Assembly: GCF_006345805.1 (NCBI RefSeq)
Contig: NC_043003.1
Coordinates: 113,522,001 to 113,586,000 of the forward strand
DNA from: Octopus sinensis
Lineage: Eukaryota
Length of the DNA stretch: 64,000 nucleotides
Direction of reading: 5' to 3'
This document shows positions 51,417-64,000 of the stretch, piece by piece (position 1 is the stretch's first letter; each line of letters opens with the position of its first letter). The position numbers and the translations under genes are program-made. The notes beneath the pieces are model-generated. The model saw nothing but the letters and a program-made list of their open reading frames with translations. It did not search any database and was not told where the DNA came from.

Positions 51417-51563
51417 CTTTATCGTTGTCCACACGATCCTCACAAGCACTTTCAATGGCAATGTCGCAAGCTTTTCCTTTCCATCCTTTGTTACAGCTGC
51501 ACTTCCAGCCTTCCAGGTATTTTTGGCAGTCCCCATTTCCATTACATTCACCAGGGCATCCAT
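51417..51563 (-). CDS. TENM: Teneurin coding exon B (last EGF repeat and start of Cys-rich linker)
   Basis: Acceptor ttcattctattttctag|AT; DGCPGECNGNGDCQKYLEGWKCSCNKGWKGKACDIAIESACEDRVDNDK; donor AAAG|gtgagc; 147 nt, phase 1-1. Confidence 0.94.
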
Positions 51564-52179
51564 CTAGAAAATAGAATGAAGACAATATACATATATTCTG
51601 ATATTTATATTTTATGGGTGTTCAATACAGCCTGAAACTATACGAGTAGACATTTGGTAGATTTTTCAGTATGCTGTTGAAAACATATGTTCAGTATAAG
51701 TAAAAGACATATATGAGTAAGTTGTGCGTTACTTCACAGATAAGATATCTTTATAAATCAAAGGTAAAAAACACAACATCATTGATCAATGAGCGTGTAT
51801 GTAGTAAAAAAATGAGAGAACCAGCAACTCCAGCATACAGCACTGTCAATGTATCCAAGGTTCTAGATTTACGAGTGGAAATAGCCACGTTTGAGATATT
51901 TGATTAAAAGAGGCTTATGCATTCAAATTCAAGATATTTGGTAAAAGTATAAAAGAGATTTATGTTCATCTCTTGTGATAAGTCTAAATTGCATTTTTAA
52001 ATGTAAACAAACCTTGTTTCTTATTTCTAAAAGTAGAACAACTAATTTAGAAGCTTTAGAATTTAGACCCATGATCATAGAATGGCATCATGACATTGAC
52101 GATATAGTAGATGTTGAATATATCTACTATGTGGGTGTGTACACAATCATGCATATATAGATATAAATATATCCATACA

Positions 52180-52564
52180 AGAGACGCAATGGCCCAGTGG
52201 TTAGGGCAGCGGACTCGCAGTCGTAGGATCGCGGTTTCGATTCCCAGACCGGGCGTTGTGAGTGTTTAATTGAGCGAAAACACCTAAAGCTCCACGAGGC
52301 TCCGGCAGGGGATTGTGGTGATCCCTGCTGTACTCTTTTACCACAACTTTCTCTCACTTTTACTTCCTGTTTCTGTTGTACCTGTATTTCAAAGGGCCGG
52401 CCTTGTCACTCTCTGTGTCACGCTGAATCTCCCTGAGAACTACATAAAGGGTACACGTGTCTGTGGAGTGTTCAGCCACTTACACGTTAATTTCACGAGC
52501 AGGCTGTTCCGTTGATTGTATCAACCGGAACCCTCGTCGTCGTAACCGACGGAGTGCTTCCACC
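52180..52564 (+). mobile_element. Full-length tRNA-derived SINE
   Basis: A box TGGCCCAGTGG and B-box-like GGTTTCGATTCC; 11-bp TSD ATATCCATACA (52169-52179, 52565-52575); highly similar to 22513-22899. Confidence 0.9.
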
Positions 52565-52589
52565 ATATCCATACACACACACACACAGA

Positions 52590-52621
<32 letters not shown>

Positions 52622-53770
52622 CTGGGCGTTGAAAATATTGGGTTTTTTTTTTTGTTAAAACTGATGTGAGATGTATGTTCAAGAGGAATTTAAGCAGTTG
52701 AATGAGAACAAGATACTTGGATAGTCAGAATAATGGCTATGTATAAATAGTAGCAGAACGAAATGGTAACTGAAGGGTTGTGAGTTACTGTTCCTCTTCT
52801 TTTAAAGCATTATAAAAAAATGTGAAGACATGCTATCAAATATCTAAACCTATCTATATTTATACATACATATTAAACTCGACTTTATTTTCTCTTTACA
52901 TGAGATATAGAAAGCCATATGAAATAGGGGTTGGAGAGAGAGGAAAAAAAAGAGATGGTCCCATAAACCATTATGCAACCTCCTGTTTTCTGTGCTGTCA
53001 TAGGTTGGACAGTTTAACAAGATTCTCTGAGCTGCAGTAGTGCTGTATTGGGCTATAATGAGCTGCAATGCCAGTTTTGGCATCGTGCCATTCCTAATGC
53101 CAACCACTTTGCAGTGTGGACTGTGTGGTTTTTCATAGAACTAGCACTAGGGAGGTTTGCTGAGCAACTTGCATGACAGGAAAAGAACAAGTTGGAAAAG
53201 GCACGAATGAATATTTTAGAGAATGTTTAATGAAATACAACCAGTTCCAATGAATCCATCTTATCAAATATTAGAAACATTAGAAAGAATTTTGGGTGGA
53301 AATCAGAGAGAAAAAACAATTTTTGTGAAGTTTAACAGTTTGTACCCATATTTGAGTTCTTCTGAACTCAAATATTTATATATATATGTATGTATATAGA
53401 TATATGCTTGTTTTTATTATGTTCAGTTATTATAAAAACAAATTTTACATCAATATTCTGGGTTACATTTTACTTTCGTAGAGTGCAAATTTATTATTCT
53501 TAAAGAAGAATTTTGTTGATAGTGACTTTGAAGTTTGGCCAGAAACATTCTTTTTGAAGAATAATCTATATGTCCTAGCATCCTGGATCAGATGAAACCA
53601 CAAAGAGGGTACAGAATGGATTCTGATTGTAGTTGGTTTACTGATTCAATGGGTATATTTACAGAATGGCTGACCCCAAGAGATACATAAAGACAACAAA
53701 TGAACAGCTTAATACAATCTAGAAACAGTAATTTGTTTTAAAAGAGGTAGGACACGGTTATATGACTCAC

Positions 53771-53953
53771 CTAAGGTACAATGTTTCCCATTCCATCCAG
53801 TTTTGCAGATGCAAGTTCCATTGTTGCAGAAGCCATGACTATCACACCGAGGATCACAAGCCAACATGTCACAGAGGGGTCCAGTCCATCCATTGTGACA
53901 AACACACTCTTTATTCTCACAGTAACCATGGAAACAGTCCAAAAGACAGACTT
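53771..53953 (-). CDS. TENM: Teneurin coding exon A (two EGF-like repeats, probably EGF6-7)
   Basis: Acceptor ttccttcttacgaaaacag|AA; translation [60 protein letters not shown]; donor TTAG|gtgagt; 183 nt, phase 1-1. Confidence 0.93.
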   Translation of the reverse strand, partial: KSVFWTVSMVTVRIKSVFVTMDGLDPSVTCWLVILGVIVMASATMELASAKLDGMGNIVP

Positions 53954-54151
53954 CTGTTTTCGTAAGAAGGAATAGATAAATTCATGTAAAAATGGTAACA
54001 ATAATTTTTATCAGTGATTAACACATTGGATGAACTTAATTAGAATGCAAAACTTAATTGGAAGTGGAATAAAATACAAACTGAATGGGCAACTGCAGAT
54101 TAACTTCAAACAAATTTTTTCTGACTTTCGATAAAAACAACAACAACAACA

Positions 54152-54372
54152 ATCCTTTCTACTCTAGGCACAAGGCTTGAAATTTTGGGGTAGGGGGATA
54201 GTCAAATACATTGACCACCCCCCAGTACATAGCTGGTACTTACTTTATTGACCCCCGAAAGGATGAAAGGCAAAGTCAAACTCAAGTGAATTTGAACTCT
54301 GAACATAAAGATGGATGCAATGCCAGTAAACCTTTTGTCAAGCATGCTAACGATTCTGCCAGCTCATTGCCT
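54152..54372 (-). mobile_element. tRNA-derived SINE, another family
   Basis: Reverse complement gagctggcagaatcgttagcatgc...gagttcaaattc...ctttgcctttcatcctttcggggg; fragments at about 24415-24500 and 43205-43310. Confidence 0.72.
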
Positions 54373-54954
54373 TAACAACAACAACAATAATAATAATAAT
54401 ATAGACTTTAAACTTATACTTTCAGCATGATATACAACAAACCAGTAGTGTTTGAATAATTGCCTTTATGATAATAGTAAATCGTTATGCTACCATGTAG
54501 GAAGTGAGGTAAAAGGTAAGGGACTACATTGGCCAATCTGTTAAATAAGGACTATAAGAAAGGAACTCGTCCTTCTATTGGTAACTGATAGAAATTAAAT
54601 GATAAACAATTGCTTCTATGGAAATAGCAAGAGATTACTTTTAGGAGATAGATGCAGACTTGTGCCAGAAAACACTAGACTTGGACGTTTTCAAAAAGGA
54701 CTCTTTATATAAATATTTTGAAAGTGGCACTTTATACTTTGAAGGCACTCCTGAAGTAACAGTAGTAATAATAATAATAATCTCGATTAAAATAATTATG
54801 TTTGGAGAAAACCAGTTTAATCAGTATTTCAGTGACATATCCCAGTGATAGCAAGGGAATAATTGGTAACCATAACCAGCCACTATCATTTCCAACTGGC
54901 TATTATAGGTTTCAGTGATAACTCCCTCTCTCTCTCTCTTTCTATGATTTTGTA

Positions 54955-55240
54955 CAATTGGGTTGGGGCGTCATTCCAGGTTAGTGGTCCCAGATGTGTC
55001 ACCATGCATAGTGCTCATCAGGTCCAACAGTGCCCACACCCCCACCATTGCTGGTGCTCCCATGTCAGCCCCTCTGCATCCTCCAAGGTGACATCAAGCC
55101 TCTAAACATATTTCTTAATCACGTCCAGCCATTTGGTGTAGGACCGGCCACTCAGCAACTTCCAACCCACAGCCGCTGCACTGAATGAAAATAAGGCCCT
55201 GGTAAGATGATCGGTGGGGTGGGGGTTCAGAGGACATAAT
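54955..55240 (-). mobile_element. RTE-type LINE C-terminal fragment
   Basis: DHLTRALFSF...GWKLLSGRSYTKWLDVIKK...LDVTLEDAEGL, a decayed GWxRPRGRP..RW.D motif. Confidence 0.62.
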
Positions 55241-55327
55241 TACATGTCAGCTGATAGGGTACCATCCTAGAGTACTGATTCAACCACATTATGTACTCTC
55301 ACACTACAGCTACACTGCAGATCTAAT

Positions 55328-55735
55328 CCGGAGTGGCTGTGTGGTAAGTAGCTTGCTAACCAACCACATGGTTCCGGGTTCAGTTCCACTGCATGGCATC
55401 TTGGGCAAGTGTCTTCTGCTATAGCCCCGGGCTGACCAAAGCCTTGTGAGTGGATTTGGTAGACGGAAACTGAAAGAAGCCTGTCGTATATATGTATATA
55501 TATATATATATGTGTGTGTGTGTATGTGTGTATGTTTGTCCCCCTAGCATTGCTTGACAACCAATGCTGGTGTGTTTACGTCCCCGTCACTTAGCGGTTC
55601 GGCAAAAGAGACCGATAGAATAAGTACTGGGCTTACAAAGCATAAATCCCGGGGTCGATTTGATCGACTAAAGGCGGTGCTCCAGCGTGGCCACAGTCAA
55701 ATAACTGAAACAAGTAAAAGAGTAAAGTGAGAGAG
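55328..55735 (+). mobile_element. Full-length tRNA-derived SINE with internal (TA)n(GT)n tract
   Basis: Head GGAGTGGCTGTGTGGTAAG...GGGTTCAGTTCC; tail ...GAAACAAGTAAAAGAG; related copies at 38757-39120 and 21820-22145. Resembles abundant octopus SINEs (recall). Confidence 0.88.
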
Positions 55736-57957
55736 AGAATCAAGTATAGATCCTTCTGTCAAAATCCAGATCTAGAAACTACTGAATAACAAATTACCCC
55801 TTGAGACAAGCAGAGTTGTTGCTGCTGATGTTGAGAATTAGGAAAGAAAAAGTGTGAAGTTAAAACTGACAAGGTTGCATTTCATCTATTTCTCACTCTT
55901 CAAACAATTCATCTTCTTTGGGTGAAGTGAATTGTTCTTTACTAAAACAGAGCTTGTTACTTTGTGTCTCTGCTCTTTTTAGTCATCTTTTGTACATTTG
56001 TCATACAAAAAAAAAAAAAACCAACAACAATAATAATACATAAACAATTTCAAATTAAACCTTTTAAATCTTGAATTTAAAAAAATATCATAATTGCAAT
56101 AGATTTACAAGGGTTGGAAGGCAAATATTCTCATACATTCATACACTCACACACGCACGCACAAAAGGGCAAGTTGTAGTGTTAGAGACAGACAGACAGA
56201 CAAATAGATAGACAGAGAGGGAAAAGAGAGAAAGAGAGAGAGAGAGATGCTGGTAATAAAACTGTGAACAAAAAGAGAAGTCTGCTTCACTTCTTAGAAG
56301 AGACACAATACATATGTGTGTGTGTGTGTGTGTTGTTGTTGTTGTTAAGGTAAAAAATAGTTCTTCACCATTAATGTTCAATGTAAACAACAGCTATTTC
56401 CCGTATTTTTTCTTTCTCCAGAGGTCAGGTGTCTAAAACATATGACTTATGTCTTGCTCACAGCATAAAACATTCTCCGTTTCATTATTTCTATTCATAT
56501 TTTTGGCTATAAGTTTCTTAAGATTCAAAGACACACTGATAGGCTTTCAGACGAATACACACACACACACACACACACATCTATACACACAAATATGGAA
56601 GCCATAACTGTGCTGGCTGGGAAAGGGCTGTGTGGCCAAAATGCTAAAATCTCCAGAGTCAGCTCAATCTAATTAACTGTAAAACAGATATTAATTAAGG
56701 AGCTCACTGAAGAATTTATGACAAACACTGAGTTGTGTCTTTTACGATTACTCAATATGTTTGGGATTCATATCTGTTTGTTGTGTACGCATTCACACAT
56801 CTTGTGCTTTGGAAAGGTATACTTTCTAAAGGAAAAAAAAAATCATTTAAAAGTACCCTTACATATAAGCAACCGGATCAGAAAAAGAGAGATAGAGAGT
56901 GTGTGTGTGTGAAAGGGTGAGAAACAAAGAAAAGAGGGAAGCAGTGATAGCAGAGTAAGAGAAGAAAAGGGAGTGCGAGACGAGTAAAAAGGGGAGCCAA
57001 ATGATTTATAGTTATTTACATAAGTATATGTAGAGAGAAGATAAGTAGAAATAGACAGTTAAGACAGATAAATGAGGGTGTGGCTGTGAATGTATATATA
57101 TGTATATATATATATATTACAAACATAAATACATAATTATTTGCACATATATTTTATACTATAATATATATGCATGTTATTTGTGCATATGCTGCATGTG
57201 TGCACAGACATCAAGCTATCAAAACAAGCACGATAAAGGAAGAACAAAAGAAAATCAAGCATAGAAATATACAAGGTACAGTTTTATTAAATTCACACAC
57301 ACACACATATATACATACATACATACACAAATATATATATAATACACCACTGAAATAATAAAATAGACAAATATCTGAAATGATGCACCAAATCATAATA
57401 AACATACAAAAGGAAATAAAAGCTTACGAAAATAAAGAAACAAAAAAGCAAAAAAAAAATATGTTGATAATCAAAATAAATAAACATGCGGCGGCAGTTG
57501 TTGTTGTTGCTGTTGTTGTTGTATAGTTGTTGTTTAATATTAATCATTTAATTATATTTTCAATGAAATGTTTTATTGGTATTTTTGTCATATTTTTTTT
57601 CATGGAAAAGTATCAAAGACATAAAAGATGGGAATCCATTGAAAATGTGCATCTACTGTGTGGGGGAGGGGAGAGGGGGGCAGAGGTACTGGTTTTTCAA
57701 GAGCAACAGATTTGGTTTCTGTGTGCAGTATATCAGGGAGTTTGGAGAAGCTTAGTGCAGAACAACAAAAGCTTGTCCATTAAACATCTAATGCTTGTTT
57801 GTTTTGATTAAAGTAACACATCTATATATTATTTTGGAGAAACCGGTGAATAAAGAACTTTTGTAACAGAAATATTTAAATCAAGAAATCGTAAACTTTT
57901 AACCCTCGCTTGGCAGACAATTTTAACTCCCTCCCTCTCTCTCTCCCCTCTGCCTTA

Positions 57958-59526
<1,569 letters not shown>

Positions 59527-61669
59527 GACTTGAAGGAGCAGATTGGCTCATGCGTTGGATAAGGTATTGAACTTGCGATCACTGAGTCCCATCCAATTTC
59601 AATATTGCTGAGATATTATGATAATAAGGGTTAGAGTTTAATTACTCCAAAGTTTCCTCAGATCAATTACTAAATATCCGCTAAATATAAATATACAAAC
59701 TCTACGTGTTTGTAGTGAAATGGAATGGTAAAAGTGAGTGTTGTCTCTGTAACTTTGCTCTGGCACCAGTTGAAACATTTCACTGAATTGAAATCCCAGA
59801 CAAGGTGTTCTCCACGTTCTGTGAATGTGCTGCCTATGAGAATGAGCACCAAATTGTTACCAACAAGAAATTACTTCATTTCTCCATTCCATATAAGGTC
59901 GCCTAGAAATGATTTAGCGATATATGATAAAAGAATAAGTCTAGTATATCTAGAGAACATCATGGGAACCAGGGATGAATACCAGCCCATGGTCTACCAA
60001 TAATTCGGAAAATTTAGCCCTTACTTTGGGGTTTAGCCCTTACTATGGGGTTTCAAAACATATTTATGCATGTTTGTGTTACGATGTGTGCAGACAGATG
60101 CTGACAGGGCAAAAGGAAATGCAATGAAATGACAATAACAACAACAACAACAACAACAGCAATCAGATTAGTTACACATATTTATATACCTTTGTTAATG
60201 CCTTCCAATGAAAATGCTAGAACAGAAAAAGAATGGTTAAGGGTTAGTTGAAGGGATTGTGGTTAATATTTTTAAAGAGTAGGGCGTGAGAAGCAATAAC
60301 AGTCGCAGCAGCAACAGTGGTTAGTTGGTGGTTGTTTGTAGCTGCAATATCATGGGCACCAGAAAAACAGCAAAAAAAATCCTTTTAATACGGGTTGAAT
60401 TGAGACTTTTGTTAACTCTGTCACTCCCTCATACAGAATCAGACACAAATTGATTATTCACACACTCATGGTGCACACCTGTTGGTGTGCATATCTGTCA
60501 GTCAATCTATCTATACACATATATGAGTGTATGTATGTACATATATGTATACACACATGTATGCATGTCTATCAGACTAGCAATTTAGCTATCTATATTC
60601 ATCCACTTTTCTCTAGGAGCAATTAATGTCAATAAGCTGTACTGTTGTATAAAAAAAATGGGATTGTCCCCCAAAATTTTGGCAGTGAGTTTGATATGAG
60701 TTAAGGTAATCTTTGTGTTTCACACTCACCAACTCTCTCTCTCTCTCTCTGCATACCTATTTTATATACCTCCAGCTATTATTATCATTATTATTATTAT
60801 TTTCAAAGCAAGGATCTGGTGTCTCATGTATTCAATGGTAGCTTATCTCTAAATCTACCCCTATTTCTCTTGTAGCGTCTACTATAAGTAATAAAACACA
60901 AAACAAAAAGGACGACTGCCTCAGCAAGCAACTTTTGACATATAAAACAATGGATGACATTAGTGAAAAGTAAATTAGTTTGGCTTTTCTTGGTAAGCAC
61001 TGAAATTGCAACAACATGACGTCAGTAGTTAGTTAGTTAGTAGGCAAGTGTATGTTTTTTTTTGCTTTTTAAAAAAATTTTTTTTTTCAAGACTGGTTGG
61101 CAAGCTGTTGTTAGTGAAATACTCTTTGTGCCCTTCTGGTGAGAAATATTTGATCAAATGATGACACACAGCTAAGGAAATAAAGGGTTGATGTACAATG
61201 GTATGATGATGGAGTTGACAGTGTAAAAGGTCAATGATATTGCATTGAGGTCAAGATCTTCTTTGAGAAAGAAACAGTATTCCCTTGAGAATTACATAGA
61301 CTCATACACACACACACACACACGCACACACATACACATTTGTATACGTTCACACAGAACTTCCCACATAGATATTTATATTGATGTGCATCTGTGTTTG
61401 TGTGTGTGCTTGCATTATTTAGGCATTATTTTACTGGCAAATGCTTCCCTACAGACTCTTACCTGTGTTCCAAGCATGGGACTTTTTATGCCATTCATCT
61501 TTCAAGAGACAGAGCTACAAGATGGTTCGTTGACAAGCAACACAACATGACAACACAACAGTTGCAGTTGGTCACATAATTTTATGCGAAGATGAAAAAT
61601 GTAAACATTTGCACAGATTCATACACAAGCATACAAGCATGCACCCACACACACACATACACTTTAAAA

Positions 61670-61838
61670 TGGTTTGAATTAATCCTGGATTATCTTGTAG
61701 TTTAGAGATTTCAGTGATGTGATTTTTTCGTTTTTGAACGACATGGTAGGGCTGAGGTGAGAGGCCAGATCTGGTTAGTTTCGATATAAAACAGGCTAAA
61801 TATTTTGGCCGGATGTGGCCGGTTTGAATGCTAAAGGG
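61670..61838. mobile_element. Partial copy of MITE family 1
   Basis: Aligns by eye to about 31505-31646 and ends CTAAAGGG|TTAA. Confidence 0.8.
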
Positions 61839-62519
61839 TTAATATCGGCTGCTGCATAACTGATATCTAAAAAATGTATACTTTAATAGTAAATAGCCCC
61901 AATATTAACAAAATATATTAATTTGCCTTTAGTTTTAGAATTATTGTTGGGGAAGTGTTACCATTGAATGAATAAACCCTAGTAAAGTAAAAGGAGTTCA
62001 TTTCATTGAAGGCACATATGAACAGCAAGACTAAACTTATCAGGATTTGAAATCACAATGCTAACATTCCCAACAGGCATTGGAAAGAATTTTTATTTTG
62101 ACAACCATTTCTACATTTCTTCCCATTCTATTTTCCTTATTTTCTTTCTCTCTTTAATCTTTTTTCTTTCTTTCTTTCTTTTTCTTTCTTTTTTTGTTGA
62201 AACAGTAAAGAAAGTAAATGTTTAGAAATAACGATAATGTTTTACAGACACCTGTAACTTTATCCGTATAAACAGAGGCTCTCCTTTTAGTCTCCCAGCA
62301 AAGGTAAAAGCCAAAGGCAGTCACTGCCAGATTTGAAGTTAAGATACTATGTGAGAGAACTGAATGGGGAACAGGGCGACAAATTTGGTAGTGGAAGGAG
62401 CTATAGTCAATTATATGGACACCTTATTTTGCTGGCTCTCAATTTATTAACTTTGCAAAAATTGTTCATTAAATTGCTATTTCTGCAAATTCTCTAACTT
62501 GTTAATGTCAATAATAATA

Positions 62520-63170
62520 ATAAAATAATAATAATAATAATAATGACTTCTTTATTTACACAAAGAAGACATTATGTACAGCACAGGACAAAACAAAAAA
62601 AATGTGTGTGCATATGTGTGTGAGTGTGTGTAGTTGTGAGGGTTTTGCATGTAAACAAGACTAATAAAATAAGAAAAAAAAGTAATACTAAAGGATGGGT
62701 TACAGTAAATATTCTGCTCAATACTACAGATTTACTTGTCAGTTGTTTGACCTTAACCAGTTGAGTATATTCCTTAGTGGCTGACGATATGTGCATCTCT
62801 AATCACAAGCAGAAGTAGTGAGAGAGCATCATAGCCATGGTTTGAGAGGAATTTCTTTGGAGTTTGGATAGCTCACCTGAGGAAACATGGGTGTTTTGTT
62901 CATCATCCTTAAACCTTATTCAGGGACCTTTTGAGCAGGATGAGTTACTCAACCTGAAGAAAATTCTAACTGGGCCCTCACCTGCAAGGTCATGTGTTGT
63001 TTATCTTGATATGAGTTCTCAATGTTATGCACATAGGTTTGTGATGCATGTGCCTGGTGTACGCTTATCAGACAGGTAACCATGATCGATATATTGAGTC
63101 TCATATACTAGTACCCCAGTGTCACTTTGATGGCATGTGCTGCTCTCTCACTCAATGATAAAGCAGTAAA
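62520..63170. mobile_element. Probable interspersed repeat, unclassified
   Basis: Starts at an (AAT)n tract and has higher GC than its flanks. It resembles a repeat I recall from octopus DNA, but there is no second copy in this window. Confidence 0.35.
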
Positions 63171-64000
63171 TAAGATACATTCATATACCTTATTTGTCCC
63201 ATATTTTGGCGGGTTACTTCTCAAACGTTCATTTTTGTTTTTATATAAAGATGGTAGGTCAGATTGATGAGGTGGGATACAGTGGGAATGTGTCAAGAAT
63301 ACTGACAACAGAGAAGGTAAGAAACTTTACACCAAGTATATCGAAATGTATTTGGTGAGTTGAATTCATAAAGAAATTCAAATAATGGTTTTAATGGCTT
63401 TAATAGATATTTTAATAAACACAATGAATATACTAATGATAGTAATTATGAGGTTGGGAGAATTATGTAATGGAAGCAACAACAAAAAATATGGGAGATT
63501 CCAATGGCTAAGAACTAATTTTAATTATTTTATTTTGCATGGAATAGACTACATCTATCCTGATTTAACCAACTGCTCAGTCTCTACAACCAACCTCTTA
63601 AAATAAGGGAGGCAGACTTTAGAATAAAAACTAACAAGTTGATATCAATGAGATTAAAAGGATGGCCAACTACATTGCAGGTTTAATAGTGTAAATTGGG
63701 GTGGCAGCTACAATGCATGAAAATTATGTGCATGGATATGCATATATGCATGCATGTCTACACACACACATATATATATATGCAAGTGTATACATTTGTT
63801 TTTCAGTGGGGTTAAGCAGAAACTGGTGACTTTTGACTAATTCTTCATTTCAGAGCAGAGGCTCTATTCTACAGCTGTGCATATAAGTTACCTAAGAACG
63901 ACAGTTCTCTTTGTCTTTCCTGTGACTCCCTGAATGTGTCTTCTGAGAAGTGTGGGCCAAGAGACAGACCATCCCACCAGCGAGGGTTTCCTCTCTGTCC

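Noticed and set aside
52188-52260. tRNA gene
   Set aside because: It has A/B boxes but no complete cloverleaf, and it continues into a repeated SINE body with TSDs.
61017-61024. Perfect CRE palindrome TGACGTCA (and CCAAT plus TGACGTCC near 7305-7320)
   Set aside because: Single short motifs are expected by chance in 64 kb, and there is no supporting promoter context.
63850-64000. Open minus-strand frame ending at TTAG|gtaact as an upstream teneurin exon
   Set aside because: There is no EGF or teneurin similarity (GQRGNPRWWDGL...), and the window edge prevents evaluation.

Overview
AT-rich, microsatellite- and retroposon-dense animal genomic DNA. The repeat families and gene sequence suggest an octopus/coleoid cephalopod (inference from recall, not a database hit). 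The whole window lies inside one minus-strand teneurin (Ten-m/TENM) gene. I traced 11 coding exons between 53953 and 16289 (3069 nt, 1023 codons) with fully consistent splice phases. They encode the last three EGF repeats, the Cys-rich linker, the TTR/FN-plug region, the NHL beta-propeller and the first YD repeats. The 5' and 3' exons lie outside the window. The introns hold degenerate Tc1/mariner transposons, TTAA-flanked piggyBac-like MITEs, RTE- and CR1-type LINE fragments, modular tRNA-derived SINEs and large (TA)n/(TACA)n arrays. The most notable observations are: (1) several short repeats carrying minimal type-I hammerhead-ribozyme-like cores of the kind known from Penelope-like elements, two of them in fold-back hairpins, with none intact on the teneurin sense strand; (2) a probable GC-AG donor ending the largest exon, with an open read-through frame; (3) apparent loss of a conserved CxxC pair at the NHL entry; (4) introns at the positions of the two vertebrate teneurin alternative-splice sites; (5) SINE head/body shuffling, including a SINE nested in a MITE. 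There are no prokaryotic features and no CRISPR array.
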